Part shown: positions 1 to 7,240 of the stretch, one piece after another
Numbering within the stretch: position 1 is the stretch's first letter
Layout: the number at the start of each line of letters is the position of its first letter
Virus record (IMG/VR): IMGVR_UViG_3300013126_000167
Coordinates: 1-29,677 of that record
Length of the DNA stretch: 29,677 nt
Strand: one strand, 5' to 3'
Source: a virus
Taxonomy: Duplodnaviria; Caudoviricetes
Program-made: the position numbers and the translations under genes
Notes under the pieces: model-generated
What the model saw: the letters and a program-made list of their open reading frames with translations, nothing else
Database searches by the model: none
Told to the model about the DNA's origin: nothing

Positions 1-117
1 ACCTATTGGCTAGCTGAACAGGGTTTGGTAGACAAAGAAGATTACTATCGTGAAGGTAGCGAGTTTGTTTTTCAAGATAGCAAACATGCTACACTATTTG
101 CCTTAAGGTGGGTATGA
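1..117 (+). CDS. Partial small hypothetical protein, FxLRW-tail family (5' end outside window)
   Basis: Frame 1 is open from base 1 (TYWLAEQGLVDKEDYYREGSEFVFQDSKHATLFALRWV*). TGA at 115-117 overlaps the next ATG (ATGA). Not in the ORF track. Confidence 0.75.
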   Translation, partial: TYWLAEQGLVDKEDYYREGSEFVFQDSKHATLFALRWV

Positions 118-395
118 GACCGGCACCGGCAGAGCGTCAACGATGCGAGCAGATCCTAGAAGAGCAAGGGTGGACTGTGGTTAAAATTTCTAAAAATCTC
201 ATGCGAGTAGAACCTTCGGAATATCTTAATATGGCACATTGGTGTGAACAATATATTGGCAGTGGTCGGTTAGAACCCGGACATAATTGGCTCGATGGTC
301 GAGATGTTTGGTACAGCTTTACATGGTACGGCTATTGGAGTTTTCATTTTAAGCATGAGCGAGATGCTACAGCGTTTACCCTGAGGTGGCAATGA
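114..395 (+). CDS. Small hypothetical protein, FxLRW-tail family (93 aa)
   Basis: ATG at 114 overlaps the upstream stop and is preferred over GTG at 108. Ends FKHERDATAFTLRWQ. Confidence 0.8.
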   Translation: MRPAPAERQRCEQILEEQGWTVVKISKNLMRVEPSEYLNMAHWCEQYIGSGRLEPGHNWLDGRDVWYSFTWYGYWSFHFKHERDATAFTLRWQ

Positions 396-589
396 GAAAC
401 TTTCAGTTTTTAGATGATCTAGGTGCGCCGTTGGCAGCCATGGTAGATAATCCTATATGGTGGGCAGATAATATGTGTGCCATCTCTGAGTGGTTAGAGA
501 AATATGATTGTGAACAGTCAATTTATGGTGGATTGATTATGCTACCAAGCGAAGAAGTTAAAACAATGTTTATTCTAGAGTGGATGTGA
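392..589 (+). CDS. Small hypothetical protein, FxLxW-tail family (65 aa)
   Basis: ATGA overlap at 392-395 with GAGGTGG upstream. Ends SEEVKTMFILEWM. Confidence 0.75.
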   Translation: MRNFQFLDDLGAPLAAMVDNPIWWADNMCAISEWLEKYDCEQSIYGGLIMLPSEEVKTMFILEWM

Positions 590-879
590 GACAGGTTATT
601 CAAATTGGCAGAAACGCAGGTAAATCAATAGTTATGGAACAGACTATGGCAGAACGTATTAAAGGACACTGGACAATAGAACAGTTTCTACAGCAACAAT
701 TGGTTGCGTCAGACCGTGGACCTGAACATAATGAGACGTGGATGACTGAACGCTTACAAAAATGGTGGCCGGGCCCGTATCGTGTGGAAAAGGTAATTGA
801 CTACCAATGGCAAAGTGTTGAATATAAGATTGTGTTTAACAGCCCAGAAGAAGAAACTTGGTTTAGGTTACAGAACTGA
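586..879 (+). CDS. Small hypothetical protein, related tail motif (about 97 aa)
   Basis: GTGA overlap at 586-589; start is uncertain. Ends VFNSPEEETWFRLQN. Confidence 0.7.
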   Translation: MRQVIQIGRNAGKSIVMEQTMAERIKGHWTIEQFLQQQLVASDRGPEHNETWMTERLQKWWPGPYRVEKVIDYQWQSVEYKIVFNSPEEETWFRLQN

Positions 880-1115
880 TGAGTATATTAGACGGAGCCA
901 ACGGGCGTAGGTTTATAGCATCAGGACCGTTTGATGATGAAATGCCCTATCACTATATTGTTATTGCTGATATCAGTTATTGGATGAAAAACGAACCAGC
1001 AATATATGAGTGGATGGACGAAAACTTACCTAGAGGTCGTCTACATCAAGAAGGTATGACTGTGGTATTAGAATCAGAAGAACAAGTAACAGCATTTATA
1101 TTACGATGGGCATAA
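879..1115 (+). CDS. Small hypothetical protein, FxLRW-tail family (78 aa)
   Basis: TGATG overlap at 877-881. Ends LESEEQVTAFILRWA. Confidence 0.8.
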   Translation: MSILDGANGRRFIASGPFDDEMPYHYIVIADISYWMKNEPAIYEWMDENLPRGRLHQEGMTVVLESEEQVTAFILRWA

Positions 1116-1309
1116 AGTTTAAAAAGATATCACAAAGTGACCGTGCTTGTTTTTACGCTCTTATGGAAGATGTTGGGGCTAAAGAATACAGGGGGTTAGT
1201 AGAATGGCTCACGGTACACTGCCCTGACACTTACGAGCTTAGTAATATGCACCTAATCATTGCTCGAGAAAACGAACTGTTTTTTGAATTGACTTTTGCA
1301 GTGGAATAA
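1106..1309 (+). CDS. Small hypothetical protein, related tail motif (67 aa)
   Basis: ATG lies within the CGA-TGG (RW) codons of the upstream gene. Ends RENELFFELTFAVE. Confidence 0.7.
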   Translation: MGIKFKKISQSDRACFYALMEDVGAKEYRGLVEWLTVHCPDTYELSNMHLIIARENELFFELTFAVE

Positions 1310-1317
1310 TATACACT
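1289..1317 (+). promoter_or_regulatory. Sigma70-like promoter, probably leaderless, for the methyltransferase
   Basis: TTGACT (1289-1294), 17-nt spacer, TACACT (1312-1317). ATG follows 7 nt later with no Shine-Dalgarno. Confidence 0.6.
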
Positions 1318-1324
1318 ATCAATT

Positions 1325-2497
1325 ATGATAAACAATTTACATAAAATTTGGGGTACAGAACAGTATCATACTCATGCTATCCTACAAGGCTGGCACGAGT
1401 TTACCTGTTACGAAGCAGTAGCTGATCAATTGGCGACCTACACCAAAGCTCGTTACGATCAAACACCAGATCAAATCATGCAAGAAGTGTTTGATTTATA
1501 TCGCAATATTAACATTGTGCCCATCGTTTACTACACCGAACAAGGACTCAAACGAGAAATCCTAAACTTAGACAATACTATAGCCAACAGTGTTGAGATT
1601 ATGGAAACAGCCATTGAACTTAAACGGAATCCAACTATACCTCTAGGCAATAACCAAGGACAAAGTATTAACAGATTTTGTTTTCCTAATATGATGACTG
1701 CTGAACCCAAAGGTCGCGGCAGTAATAGTTTAAAGGATCGCTTTTATGATGACAGAAAATTGGAACGAGCTATTCGTCTTTGTTTTGAGCACAGGGATGG
1801 TAATAATCTCGTTAGTCCTACAGCACTACGTAGAGCTTTGGAATTGGTCACCGGTGAAAACATTCAAAACTTTAAGCCCCTTAACGCACGTGCGATTGTG
1901 GAGTACTTATGCCCAACGCTTTGGGGTAATGTCTATGATTATAGTAGCGGGTATGGTGGTCGTTTACTGGGTATTACGACCAGTAAGATGCGCTATAACT
2001 ATACCGGTATCGATCCTAACACAGAAACGGTCAAATACTTAAACTACTTAAACGACTTAATTTATGATAGTATCGGTAATAGAGGTACTATTGTTAAAAG
2101 TGTAAGTGAGGAATATAAGCCAGATGACGGTGTTGACTTAGCATTTAGCAGCCCGCCATACTTTAACTTAGAGAAGTACTCAGACGAGCCTACGCAGTGT
2201 ATGAATCAATTCACCACATTAGATGATTGGTTTGATGGTTATGTAGCGCCTACCATGAAAAACATCATTGGTAGTTTAGAGGATGATGGGTTGTTTGCTA
2301 CTAACATCGCTGACTATAAAATAGGTAAGGATAAAGAATTTAAAGTAGTTGACCGTTGGATAGAGACCGCTGAGAAGATTGGATTTAAGCATACAACAAT
2401 GATCAAGATGATGTTAAACACACGCCCGGGAGTAGGCAACGATAAAACAGCAGGCCGTGAAAAGTTTGAAGGTGTTTATGTCTTCCGCAAAAAATAA
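1325..2497 (+). CDS. Amino-type (N4-C/N6-A) DNA methyltransferase
   Basis: SAM-binding motif VYDYSSGYGGRLLG, then YTGIDPN and catalytic motif FSSPPYFNLEKY. 390 aa. Confidence 0.85.
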   Translation: MINNLHKIWGTEQYHTHAILQGWHEFTCYEAVADQLATYTKARYDQTPDQIMQEVFDLYRNINIVPIVYYTEQGLKREILNLDNTIANSVEIMETAIELKRNPTIPLGNNQGQSINRFCFPNMMTAEPKGRGSNSLKDRFYDDRKLERAIRLCFEHRDGNNLVSPTALRRALELVTGENIQNFKPLNARAIVEYLCPTLWGNVYDYSSGYGGRLLGITTSKMRYNYTGIDPNTETVKYLNYLNDLIYDSIGNRGTIVKSVSEEYKPDDGVDLAFSSPPYFNLEKYSDEPTQCMNQFTTLDDWFDGYVAPTMKNIIGSLEDDGLFATNIADYKIGKDKEFKVVDRWIETAEKIGFKHTTMIKMMLNTRPGVGNDKTAGREKFEGVYVFRKK

Positions 2498-2771
2498 CGA
2501 TTTCTACAAAGATTTGCCCAGACGTATAGATACTATCTTAGGCGATGATCAGCACTTACATAGACTTAAACAATTAGCTGATGCTCGTAATGCCTGGATG
2601 AAAGAATTTGGACAGGGACCTAAATGTTTGATTGATACTTGGTCGTTTGCTGAATGGTTGCAAAATCGCTGGGGCATAGAGTTAAAGTACAATGCTGAAA
2701 GTATGGGCCTAACTGGATATGATGTAGTAGATGAACAAAAGTACCTACTGTTTTGTATGGTGTTTCCTTAG
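2478..2771 (+). CDS. Small hypothetical protein, related tail motif (97 aa)
   Basis: ATG at 2478 preceded by GAAGGTG. Ends YDVVDEQKYLLFCMVFP. Stop overlaps the convergent gene's stop at 2768-2771. Confidence 0.7.
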   Translation: MSSAKNNDFYKDLPRRIDTILGDDQHLHRLKQLADARNAWMKEFGQGPKCLIDTWSFAEWLQNRWGIELKYNAESMGLTGYDVVDEQKYLLFCMVFP

Positions 2772-3412
2772 TGTCGAGTAGCACGTTTTTTAGTCATAAC
2801 TTTATACATACGCAAATCTTTGGCATTGTTTATTATCTTTTTATGTAATCGTTTAATCACATTGTGATCTTTACCAAATGCTCGTACATAAATTGCTATG
2901 TCTCTACTTAATCCTAACCCTAAACTGTGCTTAACTGCTATATTGTAAGAGTAAGCATCAATTTCGTCACTGTTGCCTAAATATTCTTGTTCAGCACGCA
3001 ATTCTATATCTGTTACATTACTTCTGTAGGCTCTAGGCAGCATGAATCTCCGACTACGGTACTGGTATTGGTGTCGATATTCATGACTCATTGTTTCTAT
3101 TAGATCTGAAGCTATTTCTTTGGCCAACTTCTCTGTAATTAGCCACTGATGATTCTTGTCATAGTTAATTATAAAATGAAAAACAAAAGGTTTTTTGTGT
3201 TGTTCATCTAGAGATGATTCGTAGGTGCCCCCAATAGTAAAGTCACCGGGATCTAGTAAGATATTGCTGTGCTCTAATGTCACTGAAATATCGTGCCTGC
3301 GATTAAGAAATATCCCCAGGCGCCGTACAAAACTTTTTGGTGTTATTTTTTTGTTGACAAGTTTATCCAACCATTGAACAATTAAACGATATTCAACAGT
3401 TGGATTAAACAT
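2768..3412 (-). CDS. Putative zincin-like metalloprotein (HExxH)
   Basis: SHEYRHQYQ plus downstream YLGNSDEIDAY as a candidate third ligand. 214 aa, last gene of the - strand operon. Confidence 0.6.
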   Translation of the reverse strand: MFNPTVEYRLIVQWLDKLVNKKITPKSFVRRLGIFLNRRHDISVTLEHSNILLDPGDFTIGGTYESSLDEQHKKPFVFHFIINYDKNHQWLITEKLAKEIASDLIETMSHEYRHQYQYRSRRFMLPRAYRSNVTDIELRAEQEYLGNSDEIDAYSYNIAVKHSLGLGLSRDIAIYVRAFGKDHNVIKRLHKKIINNAKDLRMYKVMTKKRATRH

Positions 3413-3413
3413 C

Positions 3414-4472
3414 TTAACTGCCGCCTAATAAGGACGCACCAGAATTTAGGCTGTTATCTACAGGTGCGCTAGGCAATCCTTTGAAAGGATTAGCATCTGT
3501 GAATGACAGCGGGTTGATACCATTGGCAGCCATTAGTGCTTTATTTTTTCCTTCTGCTAAACTGGCTTTGATTGCCTCACCGTACTGATTTCCTGGAGGT
3601 ATCATGCCTTTAAGGATTTCAGCACTTCCATCGTCACTGGCGCCAATGCTATGTAAATTCATAGCGAACGATTTAATAGCCCCAAAGTCATTAGCTGGTG
3701 GAGTAAAACTACCACCAAGTATAGTACTAAATAGGCTATTTGCTGTCTGTGCTTGTGTAATGATAGCATCTAGCTGAGCTTCAGTTAATGGTCCGTCTCC
3801 CACGCTAGAAATAGTCAGTACTAAATCGTTATCAGGACTGTATCCGCCAAGTACATCACCACTGATGGTTATTTGTTCGCCCACAGTGTAACCTGTACCA
3901 CCATTACTAACAGTAGCTGAAGAATACACTCCACCAGCAATCAAAATATTAAATGTTGCCCCAGTACCTGGGCCATCTGTAGTTCCTGTTACGCCGGTGT
4001 ATTCGGCACTTTCTTGAACTGCTTCGCCGCTAGGCCCTGCTAACACACTAACTGCTGTAATTACACTGCCGCCAGCGGCAGATAATGCGCCGCCACCCGC
4101 CAACGGGCCCAACACGTCTTGAACTGTAGGAGCTCCCCCCGGTCCGGTACCGGTACCTGTTAAACTTTTAATATCAGAATCTAAATCTCCCATTAAACCA
4201 TTTAGGCTAGGAGCCATAGATTCTAAATTAGGAACTTTAGGTATCTCTAAATTTTGAAATAAATTTACCGCTGCCGCAGGCGATTTAAATGTAGCATTCA
4301 TACCTCCCAATTTGGAAGATATTTTATCCATACCAGCTTTCATGCCGCCTTGTATGTTAGAAGGGTTTACCTTGTTAGGATCCATCAAATCTTTAAGGCT
4401 TTGTATGCCACCGCCGCCAGCTGTGGGAACCGGTGCTCCTTGTGAGATTTGACTTATAAAATCATCAGCCAT
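3414..4472 (-). CDS. Gly/Ala/Ser-rich putative virion (tail/baseplate-associated) protein
   Basis: 352 aa with a GTGATFNI...VSNGGTGYTVGEQITISG module typical of phage structural proteins. TAATG coupling to the upstream gene. Confidence 0.6.
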   Translation of the reverse strand: MADDFISQISQGAPVPTAGGGGIQSLKDLMDPNKVNPSNIQGGMKAGMDKISSKLGGMNATFKSPAAAVNLFQNLEIPKVPNLESMAPSLNGLMGDLDSDIKSLTGTGTGPGGAPTVQDVLGPLAGGGALSAAGGSVITAVSVLAGPSGEAVQESAEYTGVTGTTDGPGTGATFNILIAGGVYSSATVSNGGTGYTVGEQITISGDVLGGYSPDNDLVLTISSVGDGPLTEAQLDAIITQAQTANSLFSTILGGSFTPPANDFGAIKSFAMNLHSIGASDDGSAEILKGMIPPGNQYGEAIKASLAEGKNKALMAANGINPLSFTDANPFKGLPSAPVDNSLNSGASLLGGS

Positions 4473-5284
4473 TAACTTCCTCCTAGTAGAGAACTAGCAC
4501 CAGTGTTAACACTAGCATCTGCACCTGTGTATGATTTTACCCCAACAAATGGATTATTACCTTTTAATGTACCCATCCGATCTGCTATATTTGTTAGAGT
4601 TTGCTTATCTGTAATAGAACCTAGAACTTTATTCATCTTTGCTACCTGTGTTGGATCGTTGATATTATTTAGATCAACCCCAGCTTTGGTTAACATGCTG
4701 TTTAGATTACTAGAGTTGGCCACACGCAAACTTTGTAGTTTTTCAACAAACGCACCAGGTTTACCAAAGCTGGCCATATTCTTAAGGTCAAAACTTCCGC
4801 TCATATTTTGTAACGTAGCAGCTACTGATTTGGGGTCTCCCAAACTTTCAAGACCCTGCGTAGTCAAACTGCTCATATTAGTAATACCATCGCCGTAATC
4901 ACTAAAATTTGTATTAGCCATAAAATTTTGTGCTTGAATAACCTCTCCCGCATCACGGATATGTGCTTTTACTCTTCCAAGAACAGTACCAAAGCTACCC
5001 ATGCCGCCGCTGAATATTGAACTAGCATGTCCGCTCAGGGTAGACAACGCTGATGCAGCTGTATTTGCTTTAGTGCCCAAACTTGGGTTATCTATATACA
5101 AATTAGCCAGTCTGGTTTGTGCTGCAGAAAGATTCGGATGTACCTGCAACCCTTCACCTTTAGCCATTCCAACCATAGCAGTAAGGGTAGCAGGTGTTAT
5201 AGAATTAGCCGGTGTACCAATGGCAACATATTGCCCTTCAGTTACTGAGGCCATTGCTGATGCGCTGGCTATAATATCCGACAT
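4472..5284 (-). CDS. Ala/Ser/Gly-rich putative virion protein
   Basis: 270 aa with AGGA SD. C-terminus (NPFVG...GASSLLGGS) is shared with the downstream gene. Confidence 0.6.
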   Translation of the reverse strand: MSDIIASASAMASVTEGQYVAIGTPANSITPATLTAMVGMAKGEGLQVHPNLSAAQTRLANLYIDNPSLGTKANTAASALSTLSGHASSIFSGGMGSFGTVLGRVKAHIRDAGEVIQAQNFMANTNFSDYGDGITNMSSLTTQGLESLGDPKSVAATLQNMSGSFDLKNMASFGKPGAFVEKLQSLRVANSSNLNSMLTKAGVDLNNINDPTQVAKMNKVLGSITDKQTLTNIADRMGTLKGNNPFVGVKSYTGADASVNTGASSLLGGS

Positions 5285-5293
5285 AATTTATTC

Positions 5294-5605
5294 CTAAGTA
5301 ATAATACCACCGGCACTAGCAGGTTGTATGCCTGTTGTTGTTTGGATGTAATGATTCCTAACTGCTTCCACTGTTTTACTACTCATCATTACATGTGCCT
5401 TGCCAAGGGTTACATTATTATTTAACTCACTTGTAAATAGACTCTGTATCAACCCCAATCCTTGGGCACTAGGCATCACTGTGCATGGTTTGCTAACGGT
5501 ATAACCATTATCAGTTTCTTCAACAATTTTGGCAACAATCTCATCACCATTGACCATTTTAAAACTTACGATTTCATCTCTTTCATAATTTAGATTTTTA
5601 AGCAT
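5294..5605 (-). CDS. Sm-like-fold phage protein
   Basis: IVSFKMVNGDEIVAKIVEE...VSKP pattern seen in T4-like phage Sm-like proteins. ATG at 5605 with GAGGA SD is preferred over 5617. Confidence 0.55.
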   Translation of the reverse strand: MLKNLNYERDEIVSFKMVNGDEIVAKIVEETDNGYTVSKPCTVMPSAQGLGLIQSLFTSELNNNVTLGKAHVMMSSKTVEAVRNHYIQTTTGIQPASAGGIIT

Positions 5606-5870
5606 TGAGTTCCTCAATTCGTTGATTAATTTCTTCTACTGTTAAATTTGTAATATCTTTAAATCCGTTGTCCCAAACTACTTGATTGTTAACATAGAAC
5701 TGTGGGCACGGATAATGTCTAAGATCTCGACCTTGTGATTCTAAAAATGTAACAGCTTCGGGGGTAGTTTCGACGTTAATTTCGTCAAAATCAATGCCTA
5801 GATCTATTAGAAATTTTCTTGCAACTGCATTTCTAACTGCTCGATCGGTGTATAATTTTAATTTTGCCAT
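5598..5870 (-). CDS. Glutaredoxin-like protein lacking CxxC
   Basis: Aligns by eye with the adjacent glutaredoxin (KLYT..., FDEINVE, PQFYV, GFKDI..LT.EEI) but the CPFC position is not Cys. Confidence 0.65.
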   Translation of the reverse strand: MAKLKLYTDRAVRNAVARKFLIDLGIDFDEINVETTPEAVTFLESQGRDLRHYPCPQFYVNNQVVWDNGFKDITNLTVEEINQRIEELNA

Positions 5871-5871
5871 G

Positions 5872-6120
5872 TTAGGCTCCTAGTTTTTCCTGTAACTCTT
5901 CATCAGTTAACTTAGCCAGTCCTTGATAACCGCCTTCCACAAATAATGATTCGCCTAGATACAGTTGTGGTGCAGTTCTGTGGCCCCGACCAATTAACCA
6001 TTCTCTAGCTTCAGAATCTGTATCTATATTTACTATCTCAAACGGGATATTTTTTGTTGTTAGTAAATGTTTTGCTTTGTCACAAAACGGGCAATTATTT
6101 TTTGAATATACAGTTAGCAT
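5872..6120 (-). CDS. grx: Glutaredoxin (NrdC/NrdH-like RNR reductant)
   Basis: VYSKNNCPFCDKAK active site, TAPQ cis-Pro motif and GGY. Directly downstream of nrdB. Confidence 0.92.
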   Translation of the reverse strand: MLTVYSKNNCPFCDKAKHLLTTKNIPFEIVNIDTDSEAREWLIGRGHRTAPQLYLGESLFVEGGYQGLAKLTDEELQEKLGA

Positions 6121-6132
6121 AAATTATCCTTA

Positions 6133-7233
6133 TTATAGTGTTGGTAATAGATCGTAATCGATAGCATCACTCATTACGCCAATTACGTAGTTAGTTGATT
6201 CGTTTTCTTGTAGAGCTGTTTGTTTTTTGCTGGTATCACTGTGCTTGTTAAACCAAGGAATAGGTGTTGTTTTGGGTGCTGGATTCCAGTACTTGATACC
6301 TACTTCTTTTAGTGCGCTAACTGCTGTATAGTCAACAAAGTCCTTTAAGATGTTAGCATTAAGGCCAATAACTGGGCCTAGTTTAAATAAGTAGTCGGCC
6401 CAGGCTTTTTCTTCACGAATAACATCTTCGTACATACGAATAACTTCAGCCTCACATTCAGCTTTGACTTCAGCAAAGCGTGGATCTTCCTTAACCACTT
6501 GATTGATCAAAAAAGCAGTCCAATCTTTGTGTAGAACTTCATCTTGTAGGATTAGGCTAATGATATTTCCATTACCAATAAAGATCTTGTTTTCTACCAT
6601 TGCTAGGCTTGTAGCAAATGATACCATAAAACGGAATGCTTCAAGTCCGTAGCTCGCATGTAATGCTAACCAAATAGCTTTGATATGATCTTTTTCGTCT
6701 ACTTTTTGGCCAAGCTCTTTCTTACAGTTAATAACATGTAGCCGGTCGTAGTAGTTGCCAATAGTTGACGCCATACTAACAATCTCTTCTGTGTCATGGA
6801 TTGTGTTGAACACTTCTTTGGGCACATTATAGATGTTACGGATAATATGGCTATAACTGCGTGAGTGGATGTTAGTTTCAAAGAACGTCCACCCGTACAC
6901 TAAAGCCTCTAGTTCAGGTAAACTCACTACAGGAGTAAACACCTGGCTAGGGCCTCTACCCTGTAAGCTGTCCAGGGCAGTTTGGCGTAGTAGGTTACTG
7001 GTAAAAATGTGACGTACGGTGTCACTAGAATCTTTGAAATCCTGTGCGTCTTTTGTTAATGATATTTCTTCTGGTACCCAAAAGAAACCCCGGGCTGTTT
7101 GTTCAAACTTAGCAATCTTGTTATACTTAACTTCTTCAAATCGTTGTATTGTTACCGGACCTGCTGGGTCTAAAAACATCTTACGATTAAGATAGTCTGT
7201 GGCTTGCGTTAAATTGTATTGTGCTTTTGACAT
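6133..7233 (-). CDS. nrdB: Class Ia ribonucleotide reductase beta subunit
   Basis: FFWVPEEI, QTALDSLQG, ETNIHSRSY (radical Tyr), EAFRFMVSF, DEVLH and a C-terminal NY. Start moved to ATG 7233 (AGGA SD) just after the nrdA stop. Confidence 0.95.
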   Translation of the reverse strand: MSKAQYNLTQATDYLNRKMFLDPAGPVTIQRFEEVKYNKIAKFEQTARGFFWVPEEISLTKDAQDFKDSSDTVRHIFTSNLLRQTALDSLQGRGPSQVFTPVVSLPELEALVYGWTFFETNIHSRSYSHIIRNIYNVPKEVFNTIHDTEEIVSMASTIGNYYDRLHVINCKKELGQKVDEKDHIKAIWLALHASYGLEAFRFMVSFATSLAMVENKIFIGNGNIISLILQDEVLHKDWTAFLINQVVKEDPRFAEVKAECEAEVIRMYEDVIREEKAWADYLFKLGPVIGLNANILKDFVDYTAVSALKEVGIKYWNPAPKTTPIPWFNKHSDTSKKQTALQENESTNYVIGVMSDAIDYDLLPTL

Positions 7234-7240
7234 ATTTTTC

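Noticed and set aside
1746-2042. Alternate-frame 98-aa ORF inside the methyltransferase
   Set aside because: Fully nested in a motif-bearing gene, with no RBS or recognisable features.
4503-5297. Two + strand ORFs (131 and 98 aa)
   Set aside because: Antisense shadows of the - strand gene. The same applies to the other nested ORFs in the track (e.g. 8715, 10929, 15176, 16074, 19860, 25824, 26390, 29324).
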